Below are positions 56,799 through 64,000 of a DNA stretch of 64,000 bases, piece by piece. Each line of letters begins with the position of its first letter. The first letter of the stretch is position 1. The notes beneath the pieces were generated by a model. It was not told the origin of the DNA and made no database searches. It saw only the letters and a list, made by a program, of their open reading frames with translations. Made by a program: the position numbers and the translations under genes. The DNA comes from a virus. Location of the stretch: the IMG/VR virus record IMGVR_UViG_3300042517_000577, positions 8,166-72,165 of that record, one strand, 5' to 3'.

Positions 56799-57460
56799 AA
56801 CTATCAGCACATACAATTAACATCCTCAAAAACTTCTCTACAATTAATCAATCTATTTTGATTAAATCTGGTTCCAAAATTAGAACCATTTCAATTCTTA
56901 AGAACATTTATGCTGAAGTTGAAGTTACTGAAACATTTCCAAAAAACTTCGCAATTTATGATCTCAATGAATTTTTGAATGGAATTGAATTGCACCAAGA
57001 TCCAGATCTAGATTTTGATAATGATTCATATGTTCAAATTAAAGAAGGTAAGAGAAAAGTTAAATATTTCTATGCAGATCCAGAAGTAATTGTCTGTCCT
57101 CCAGAAAAGGAAATCGAACTCCCATCTCAAGATGTTTGTTTCCAAGTGGAGCATTCTCAACTGGACAAACTTAAGAAAGCAGCAGCAGTCTATAAACTTC
57201 CTGACTTGTCAGTGATCGGGAAGGATGGTACGATACGTATTGTGGTTCGAGATAAGAACAATGATACCTCAAATGAATATTCCCTAGAGGTAGGGGAGAC
57301 TGATGAAGAATTTACTCTCAACTTCAAGGAAGAGAATATTAAAATTATTCCAGGAAGTTATGATGTAGTAATTTCAAAACAACTGTCTGCGAAATTTATG
57401 AGTCAAAAATATAAATTGACTTATTTTATTGCCCTTGAACCTGATTCCACTTTTGGTTGA
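56795..57460 (+). CDS. gp45: sliding clamp gp45
   Basis: MKLS..T..ILKNFSTINQSI, FAIYDLNEFL, YFIALE. Confidence 0.96.
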   Translation: MKLSAHTINILKNFSTINQSILIKSGSKIRTISILKNIYAEVEVTETFPKNFAIYDLNEFLNGIELHQDPDLDFDNDSYVQIKEGKRKVKYFYADPEVIVCPPEKEIELPSQDVCFQVEHSQLDKLKKAAAVYKLPDLSVIGKDGTIRIVVRDKNNDTSNEYSLEVGETDEEFTLNFKEENIKIIPGSYDVVISKQLSAKFMSQKYKLTYFIALEPDSTFG

Positions 57461-57478
57461 TTGTTTAATTTTTTTATT

Positions 57479-58006
57479 ATGAACATTTTTGTGACGGATG
57501 AATGTCCAGTTCTATCTGCTGCAGCACTTCCAGATAAACATATTGTAAAGATGCCTCTGGAGTGCTGTCAGATGATTTCTATTATCTACAGTCCCTGGTA
57601 TCATAACTGGGGAACTATTCCTAAGAAGGATGGGACCCCCTATAGCACCGCAAAGGGAGCATTTAGAAATCATCCTTGCACTCAATGGGCAGCAGAGTCA
57701 TATGAAAACCTTGCCTGGTTGATTCGGCACGGATATGCTCTCTGCAATGAATATAAAAATCGATATGGCAAGAAACATTCTTGTTTTGATGGACTGCACG
57801 AAGCAGAATACATATTCACAATGAAAACTTGTGATACCATCTATATTCATAAGAATGTGAAGTCATTCACCCGTGCAATGCCAGACGAATGGAAGCACGA
57901 CAATACTATTGACACCTTTGAGGCATATAAGAGATATATTGCTTCAAAACCTTGGGTTGCGGATAATTATCTTCGCATCCCATCTAGAAAACCTGACTGG
58001 ATTTGA
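57479..58006 (+). CDS. pyrimidine-dimer DNA glycosylase-like protein (DenV/Pyr_excise superfamily)
   Basis: MNIF, DKHIVKMPLE..QM, NHPCTQW, EY..RYGK.H, AMPD. Confidence 0.7.
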   Translation: MNIFVTDECPVLSAAALPDKHIVKMPLECCQMISIIYSPWYHNWGTIPKKDGTPYSTAKGAFRNHPCTQWAAESYENLAWLIRHGYALCNEYKNRYGKKHSCFDGLHEAEYIFTMKTCDTIYIHKNVKSFTRAMPDEWKHDNTIDTFEAYKRYIASKPWVADNYLRIPSRKPDWI

Positions 58007-58008
58007 TT

Positions 58009-58953
58009 ATGAGTAAAGACTTCCTCTGGGTCGAAAAATACCGACCAAAGAAAATTGAAGATTGTATTTTGCCAGCAGGCATTAAGAAAACATTTCAGGA
58101 CTTTGTAGATAAAGGAGAAGTTCCTAATCTTCTTCTTGCTGGTCCTGCAGGATGTGGTAAAACCACAGTAGCAAAAGCACTATGTGAAGAGTTGGGAGTA
58201 GATTATTATGTCATCAATGGATCAGATGAAGGGAGATTTCTCGATACTGTCAGGAATCAAGCAAAGAACTTTGCTTCGACCGTATCACTTCAAGCAACTG
58301 GAAAACATAAAGTCATCATTATTGATGAGGCAGACAATACCACCACAGATGTACAACTCTTACTTAGGGCAAATATTGAGACGTTCTATAAAAACTGTAG
58401 ATTCATCTTCACCTGCAACTATAAGAACAAGATCATCGAACCCCTACATTCAAGATGTGCAGTTGTTGATTTCTCAATTAAAGGGAAGGAAAAAACAAAA
58501 CTTGCAGGAGAGTTCTTCAAGCGTCTCGGGTCTATTCTTGAGGAAGAGAGCATTGAATTTGAGCAAAAAGTTCTGGCACAAATTATCAACAGTCATTTCC
58601 CAGACTGGAGGAGGGTCCTCAATGAGTGTCAAAGATACTCTGTAAGTGGAAAGATTGACTCTGGAATTCTAACCACATTCTCTGATGTATCAGTAACTGA
58701 CCTAATTAAGAACCTAAAGGAAAAAAATTTCCCAGAGGTTAGGAAATGGGTTTCTCTGAATATGGATAATGATTCATCAACAATTCTCAGGAAAGTTTAT
58801 GATGCTCTTTATGAGAAAGTTGATGGTCCAAGTATTGCTGCTGCAGTTTTGATTGTAGCAAAGTATCAATATCAAAGTGCATTTGTGGCAGACCAAGAAA
58901 TTAATCTTCTTGCAGCATTAACTGAAATTATGGTTGAGGTGAATTTTAAATGA
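58009..58953 (+). CDS. gp44: clamp loader large subunit gp44
   Basis: LWVEKYRP, GPAGCGKTT, IIDEAD, SRC. Confidence 0.97.
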   Translation: MSKDFLWVEKYRPKKIEDCILPAGIKKTFQDFVDKGEVPNLLLAGPAGCGKTTVAKALCEELGVDYYVINGSDEGRFLDTVRNQAKNFASTVSLQATGKHKVIIIDEADNTTTDVQLLLRANIETFYKNCRFIFTCNYKNKIIEPLHSRCAVVDFSIKGKEKTKLAGEFFKRLGSILEEESIEFEQKVLAQIINSHFPDWRRVLNECQRYSVSGKIDSGILTTFSDVSVTDLIKNLKEKNFPEVRKWVSLNMDNDSSTILRKVYDALYEKVDGPSIAAAVLIVAKYQYQSAFVADQEINLLAALTEIMVEVNFK

Positions 58954-59114
58954 GACCTGAAACAAGAAAGGCAATGGAAATGCTTTTTAATGCCAAATGG
59001 AATTTGCCAAAGGCAGCAGATTATTGCAATCTAACTCAAAAAGAATGTAAGATTGTGTTTAACGAATATTGCAATTTTCATCCTCCAGTTTATTCCAATG
59101 AAGATAGAACTTAA
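58950..59114 (+). CDS. small conserved hypothetical protein (54 aa, not in track)
   Basis: MRPETRKAMEMLFNAKWNLPKAA..CNLT.KE.KI.FNEYC; ATGA coupling to gp44. Confidence 0.75.
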   Translation: MRPETRKAMEMLFNAKWNLPKAADYCNLTQKECKIVFNEYCNFHPPVYSNEDRT

Positions 59115-59484
59115 AGATTGGTTGAACTCAATTAATACTACTAAAAAGAGTATTATTGAAGAAGATATATCAAATGAACGGGAGTATCCACCGTTCATTA
59201 TTAATAGATGTATGTCAGGTCATATTGATACTTTGATGTATTCTAATGAAATGAATATGAACCATTCATTAGATAAAAAAATGCAATATGATTTTTATAT
59301 AAATATTGTTAGGAAAAGGAAAAGATTTTCTCCTTGGATCCGAAAAGAAAAAATCAAAGATCTTGATATAGTGAAATCTTACTATGGTTATAGTAATGAA
59401 AAAGCACTCCAAGCTTTGAAAATTCTCACACAAGAACAACTTAACTTTATAAAATCGAAATCTGAAATTGGAGGAATGAAATGA
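59098..59484 (+). CDS. gp62: clamp loader small subunit gp62
   Basis: LKDWLNSIN, YPPFIINRC, RKRKRFSPW, YYGYS.EKA. Confidence 0.93.
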   Translation: MKIELKDWLNSINTTKKSIIEEDISNEREYPPFIINRCMSGHIDTLMYSNEMNMNHSLDKKMQYDFYINIVRKRKRFSPWIRKEKIKDLDIVKSYYGYSNEKALQALKILTQEQLNFIKSKSEIGGMK

Positions 59485-59921
59485 GTGTTGTTATTGAGCC
59501 AAAAGTAGATTGGACTCCATCTCAAATGGTGGAAGTCATTTTGAATGAACCTGATGATTTTCTTAAAGTCAGAGAAACATTAACTCGAATTGGAGTTGCT
59601 TCTCGGAAGGAGAAAAAGATCTATCAATCTTGCCATATTCTTCATAAGCAAGGTAAATATTATATTACACATTTTAAGGAACTCTTTGCTCTTGATGGAA
59701 AGCACGCAAATATTACGGTAAATGATTTCCAAAGACGTAATCGTATCATCCAACTTTTGGCTGATTGGGGTCTTATTAGTGTTGTTAATGTCGATCAAAT
59801 TTCAGACATCGCACCATTGAATCAAATCAAAGTTCTTTCTTACAAAGATAAGGACGACTGGGTTCTTGAGACCAAGTATAATATCGGATCCAAGAAACGT
59901 AGAACTGAAGAATCTGAATAA
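59481..59921 (+). CDS. regA: translational repressor RegA
   Basis: PDDFLKVRETLTRIG, QSCHILHKQG.Y.I.HFKE. Confidence 0.97.
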   Translation: MSVVIEPKVDWTPSQMVEVILNEPDDFLKVRETLTRIGVASRKEKKIYQSCHILHKQGKYYITHFKELFALDGKHANITVNDFQRRNRIIQLLADWGLISVVNVDQISDIAPLNQIKVLSYKDKDDWVLETKYNIGSKKRRTEESE

Positions 59922-59929
59922 ATAAGTAC

Positions 59930-60005
59930 GAGACCTTTCGTGCGGTCTCTACGAAAGTCGGAACACCCTAAAAAGAGGTTCGGTTTTGCCGATACCTCTT
60001 TTTTT
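59930..60005 (+). ncRNA. candidate late small structured RNA between regA and hsp20
   Basis: Late promoter AATAAATA (59917-59924), GC-rich pairing elements, then an intrinsic terminator; no ORF. Confidence 0.4.
59970..60005. terminator. Intrinsic, potentially bidirectional terminator
   Basis: AAAAAGAGGT...ACCTCTTTTTTT. Confidence 0.85.
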
Positions 60006-60080
60006 CGTATCTTGTATAATTACTAATGGATGCCTTAGGGGTCCACAAAACACAAACTCGCTTACAAAGGAGCTACCATA

Positions 60081-60515
60081 ATGACTAATCTGATGAAATA
60101 TCAAGCTTCGGATCTTCCTGCTTTGCTGGAAAGAATTAATCGCAACACTATTGGACTTGATGAATATTTTGATCGTATCTTTAGTCTTCACGAAACTACA
60201 TCGAATTATCCCCCATACAATCTAGTTCAGGTAAATAATGTAGAATCTCGTCTAGAGATTGCTCTTGCAGGATTTAAGAAGGAGGAGGTTCATGTCTTCA
60301 CAGAGTATGGAAAACTTTTTGTCGAAGGAAAAAAACCTGACAATCAGTCGGACGGGACGTTTATCCACAAGGGCTTGGCTAGCAGAGATTTCAAAAGAAC
60401 CTGGACCCTATCGGACGACACAGAAGTTAGAGAAGTCACCTTTGAAGATGGATTACTTGTCATTCGACTAGGAAAGATTGTTCCAGAACATCACGCACGT
60501 AAAGATTATCTATAA
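60081..60515 (+). CDS. hsp20: small heat shock protein Hsp20
   Basis: NYPPYN, EIALAGF, HKGLASRDFKRTWTL, FEDGLL. Confidence 0.95.
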   Translation: MTNLMKYQASDLPALLERINRNTIGLDEYFDRIFSLHETTSNYPPYNLVQVNNVESRLEIALAGFKKEEVHVFTEYGKLFVEGKKPDNQSDGTFIHKGLASRDFKRTWTLSDDTEVREVTFEDGLLVIRLGKIVPEHHARKDYL

Positions 60516-60538
60516 ATATAATTGAATATCGTCGGCGC

Positions 60539-60591
60539 GAGGAGCACCTGGCAAAATCCAGGTTGACTCCTCCTTTTTTTGTTGCTAGAAT
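60539..60591 (+). terminator. Terminator hairpin overlapped by a sigma70 promoter for the gp43 operon
   Basis: GAGGAG-CACCTGG..CCAGGT-TGA-CTCCTC plus T7; TTGACT(60563)-17-TAGAAT(60586) with extended TG. Confidence 0.8.
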
Positions 60592-60614
60592 ACACTGGAG
60601 ATGTTAGACCGAGT

Positions 60615-60908
60615 ATGTCAGTAAAAATTGTAATTCTTAAGTCGATGGAAGATGTCATCGCAGATGTAAAGGAGATGGTATCTTCTGACAAGACTATTGG
60701 ATATGTTCTTGTCAATCCATATGTTGTGTCTTTGAGTTCTGATGGAAGTCAAGTTGGATTCTATCCTTATGCCCCTCTTTCTAAAGACACTTCTGTTCCT
60801 ATTCCGTGTGATTGGGTAGTATCTGTGCTAGAACCCAAAGATGAAATTTTAAACTCTTATATGGAGAGAATTAATGCAAAACCTGAAAATTCTAATTCTG
60901 AAGAATGA
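60615..60908 (+). CDS. conserved hypothetical protein (Sm-like fold suspected)
   Basis: LKSMEDVIADVKE, P.APLSKD...IPCDWVV. Confidence 0.8.
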   Translation: MSVKIVILKSMEDVIADVKEMVSSDKTIGYVLVNPYVVSLSSDGSQVGFYPYAPLSKDTSVPIPCDWVVSVLEPKDEILNSYMERINAKPENSNSEE

Positions 60909-61140
60909 TGCTATTTTAGTATCAGAAGTTCATGAAGTTCCCGAATCTGATCTTGGAGAACCTGATTGTAAATTGGTAAACCCAGTTCAAATGATAGTCT
61001 CTGATCGTAATACTTATGAGATGAGACGATGGCCTGTATTTACAGACCAGAGGGAACTTAAAATTCATTCAGACTCAATCTTTACTATTGTAGATCCAAC
61101 ACCAGATCAAGTTGAACTTTATTTGAAAACTATTAAATGA
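60874..61140 (+). CDS. conserved hypothetical protein
   Basis: LGEPDCKLVNP, HSDSIFTIVDP; usual position before gp43. Confidence 0.8.
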   Translation: MQNLKILILKNDAILVSEVHEVPESDLGEPDCKLVNPVQMIVSDRNTYEMRRWPVFTDQRELKIHSDSIFTIVDPTPDQVELYLKTIK

Positions 61141-63632
61141 ATTTTTACACCAACGTAGTTCTTGTCGGAAACGAAATACTTTCCAGAGGGTTTAAGAATG
61201 GAGAGCATTTTCAAAATAGGGAAATGTTTTATCCAACCTTATATGTAACAAGTAATAAAAAAACTAAATTCAAAACTCTTGAGGGTAATTATGTAGAAGA
61301 AATTAAACCGGGAACTATTAGGGAAACTAGAGAATTCATTGATAAGTATCAAAAGATTGATAACTTTCAACTTTATGGAAATACTCGATATATCAATCAA
61401 TATATCACAGAGAACTATAGGGATGAAGTTATCAAGTTTGATATTTCAAAAATTAAATTAATCACGATTGACATTGAGGTTGCTTCTGAAATTGGATTCC
61501 CTGATGTTCAATCTGCCCAAGAAGAAGTATTGGCAATATCCATTCAGGATTATTCTACGAAGAAGGTTACTACTTGGGGAATCAAATCCTTTGAAAACAA
61601 TGATCCAAACGTAAAATACATTCAGTGCAATAGTGAATATGATCTCCTCGATAGATTTATGTTCTATTGGGAAAATAATTGTCCCGAAGTTATTACTGGA
61701 TGGAATTGCGAATATTATGATATCCCCTATCTCTATAGAAGAATTTCTAGAGTTCTTGGTGAGAAAGTTGCCAAACAACTTTCCACTTGGGGAATAGTAA
61801 CTGAGAATGAAGCAATTATAAATGGCAGACCTCAAATCAGATATGATATTGCTGGAACTACCATTCTAGATTATCTTGATTTGTATAAGAAATTTACATA
61901 TACCAATCAAGAATCATATCGTTTGGACCACATTGCCTTTGTGGAACTCGGTCAGAATAAATTGGACCACTCGGAGTATGATACCTTTAAAGAATTTTAT
62001 TCCAAAGATTGGCAGAAATTTGTAGAGTATAACATCAAGGACGTTCAACTTGTGGACAAACTTGAGGATAAAATGCGTCTCATTGAACTTGCTATCACTA
62101 TGGCATATGATGCCAAGAGTAATTTTAACGACGTGTTCTATCAAGTTAGAATGTGGGATGCAATCATCTACAATTACCTTCTTACTAAAAATGTAGTAAT
62201 ACCTTTCAAGAAAGATTCTAAAAAGGATCAAAGATATGAAGGTGCATATGTTAAGGAACCAGTTCCAGGAAAGTATGATTATGTTGTGAGTTTTGACTTG
62301 AATAGTCTTTATCCACACTTGATTATGCAATACAATGTAAGTCCCGAAACATTGGTAGATGGAAAGTTTCCAGGAATTTCTGTGAATAAAATTCTTAATA
62401 AGGAAGTCGAAATACCAAAGGATTATCCTTATTCTGTGTGTGCTAATGGTGCCCAGTATCGTAAGGACATCCGAGGATTTTTGCCTGAGTTGATGGATAA
62501 AATTTATAGTGAACGAACCATCTACAAGAAGAAGATGCTTGCTGCAAAGCAGCAATATGAAAAGACCCCAACGAAAGATTTGGAAAAGGAAATTGCTCGT
62601 TGTAACAACATTCAATTAGCAAGAAAGATCCAACTTAACTCTGCTTATGGTGCTGTCGGAAATGAATACTTCAGGTATTTTCTTATTGAAAATGCTGAAG
62701 CAATTACTCTTTCGGGTCAGGTTTCAATCCGATGGATTGAGAATAAAATGAATACATATCTAAATAAACTTCTCAAGACTGAAAATGCTGATTATGTTAT
62801 TGCTTCAGATACTGATTCTATTTACCTTAATATGGGTCCTTTGGTTGAACGTATATACCAAGGAAGAGAGAAAACTACTGAAAGCATTGTTTCGTTCCTT
62901 GATAAGATCTGTAGTGTGGAACTTGAAAAATATATTGAAGGTTGCTACCAAGAACTGGCTGACTATGTGAACGCATACGATCAAAAGATGCAGATGAAAC
63001 GGGAGAATATTGCTGACCGTGGAATCTGGACTGCCAAGAAACGTTATATCCTTAACGTATGGGACAGTGAAGGAGTTCGATACTCTGAACCAAAACTAAA
63101 GATTATGGGAATTGAAGCAGTTAAATCTTCTACTCCTGCACCTTGTCGTCAAATGATTAAAGATGCTCTTAAAATCATTATGACTAAAACCGAGGATGAT
63201 CTAATTGATTTTGTGTCTAAATGTAAGAAGGAATTCAATTCACTACTTCCAGAAGATATATCATTCCCTAGAACTGCTAATAATCTTGGGAAATATAAAT
63301 CGGCACATTCAATTTACATAGAAAGGACTCCTATTCATATCAGAGGTTCTTTGTTATATAATTACTATGTGAGGAAGAACAAGTTGGATTCAAAATATCC
63401 AACTATCAACAATGGAGAGAAAGTAAAGTTCTGCTATCTCAAGAAACCAAATACAATTCACGAAAATGTTATTTCATTCATTCAAAAATTCCCAAAGGAA
63501 TTAAATTTGGAAAGGTATGTTGATTATGATTTGCAATTCGAGAAGAGTTTTCTAGATCCATTGAAAATTATACTTCATTGCATTGGATGGAGAGTTGAAA
63601 AGACAAATACAATTGAATCACTTTTCATATGA
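61137..63632 (+). CDS. gp43: family B DNA polymerase gp43
   Basis: Exonuclease DIE; SFDLNSLYP, KIQLNSAYG, SDTDS, KKRY. Confidence 0.99.
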   Translation: MNFYTNVVLVGNEILSRGFKNGEHFQNREMFYPTLYVTSNKKTKFKTLEGNYVEEIKPGTIRETREFIDKYQKIDNFQLYGNTRYINQYITENYRDEVIKFDISKIKLITIDIEVASEIGFPDVQSAQEEVLAISIQDYSTKKVTTWGIKSFENNDPNVKYIQCNSEYDLLDRFMFYWENNCPEVITGWNCEYYDIPYLYRRISRVLGEKVAKQLSTWGIVTENEAIINGRPQIRYDIAGTTILDYLDLYKKFTYTNQESYRLDHIAFVELGQNKLDHSEYDTFKEFYSKDWQKFVEYNIKDVQLVDKLEDKMRLIELAITMAYDAKSNFNDVFYQVRMWDAIIYNYLLTKNVVIPFKKDSKKDQRYEGAYVKEPVPGKYDYVVSFDLNSLYPHLIMQYNVSPETLVDGKFPGISVNKILNKEVEIPKDYPYSVCANGAQYRKDIRGFLPELMDKIYSERTIYKKKMLAAKQQYEKTPTKDLEKEIARCNNIQLARKIQLNSAYGAVGNEYFRYFLIENAEAITLSGQVSIRWIENKMNTYLNKLLKTENADYVIASDTDSIYLNMGPLVERIYQGREKTTESIVSFLDKICSVELEKYIEGCYQELADYVNAYDQKMQMKRENIADRGIWTAKKRYILNVWDSEGVRYSEPKLKIMGIEAVKSSTPAPCRQMIKDALKIIMTKTEDDLIDFVSKCKKEFNSLLPEDISFPRTANNLGKYKSAHSIYIERTPIHIRGSLLYNYYVRKNKLDSKYPTINNGEKVKFCYLKKPNTIHENVISFIQKFPKELNLERYVDYDLQFEKSFLDPLKIILHCIGWRVEKTNTIESLFI

Positions 63633-63748
63633 TAACTATAAAACTTAAAAAGGAAGAGGTGAAAGAAATATTAAATTATCTGAAACCTACTAAAGATCGA
63701 GAGTTATATTACAAACTATGGAGACTATTATTTACAGGAGACAATTGA
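63629..63748 (+). CDS. small hypothetical protein (39 aa)
   Basis: ATGA overlap with gp43; abuts the uvsX start. Confidence 0.5.
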   Translation: MITIKLKKEEVKEILNYLKPTKDRELYYKLWRLLFTGDN

Positions 63749-64000
63749 ATGGATTTTTTAAAGGATATAATTAAAGAAGTTGGTGGTGAATATGCATCAT
63801 TAGCATCTGATATAGAGGAAACAGAAAACTATGTTGATACAGGTTCATACATTTTTAATGCACTGGTTTCAGGTAGTGTACTTGGCGGTGTATCTGGGAA
63901 TAAGATTACTGCTATTGCTGGAGAGTCTTCTACTGGAAAGACTTTTTTCTCTCTCGCAGTGGTTAAGAACTTTCTTGATACTAATCCCGATGGTTACTGT
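63749..64000 (+). CDS. uvsX: RecA-like recombinase UvsX (5' part, runs off the window)
   Basis: [27 protein letters not shown]...[15 protein letters not shown] (Walker A). Confidence 0.95.
   Translation, partial: MDFLKDIIKEVGGEYASLASDIEETENYVDTGSYIFNALVSGSVLGGVSGNKITAIAGESSTGKTFFSLAVVKNFLDTNPDGYC

Noticed and set aside
61458-62615. Long minus-strand ORFs within gp43
   Set aside because: Antisense shadow frames rich in I/F/L, with no promoter or family motif.
36767-63632. Introns, inteins or homing endonucleases in gp17, gp20, gp23, uvsW, gp46 or gp43
   Set aside because: All are uninterrupted and of normal length; no LAGLIDADG, GIY-YIG, HNH or intein motifs were seen.
1-64000. Alternative genetic code or stop-codon reassignment
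   Set aside because: Core genes are full length in the standard code, and TAA, TGA and TAG all act as stops.

Overview
64 kb from a T4-like myovirus, most consistent with a cyanomyovirus (Kyanoviridae-like); a freshwater origin is possible but not shown. All credible genes are on the + strand. Layout: (1) the 3' part of a Dam methyltransferase; (2) a ~4.5 kb early/accessory region of small ORFs, including an ArdA-like DNA mimic, punctuated by repeated GTGCCA-N10-TG(G/T)CAC palindrome-plus-promoter cassettes; (3) a ~700 bp non-coding region (5124-5835) with an array of cyanobacterial-type DnaA boxes (TTTTCCACA), divergent sigma70 promoters and a one-strand TCGT cluster, a candidate replication origin; (4) the morphogenesis module gp25-gp6-gp7(2 ORFs)-gp8-VrlC-gp13-gp14-gp15-gp16-gp17-gp18-gp19-gp20-gp21-gp22-gp23-gp3, where gp14 appears split around an inserted gp9/gp10-type collagen/LamG fibre gene; (5) the replication/recombination module uvsY-uvsW-gp55-gp47-gp46-gp45-gp44-gp62-regA-hsp20-gp43-uvsX(partial). 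No tRNA, rRNA, CRISPR array, intron, intein or IS element was recognised. All family calls come from remembered motifs and gene order, not from database searches.
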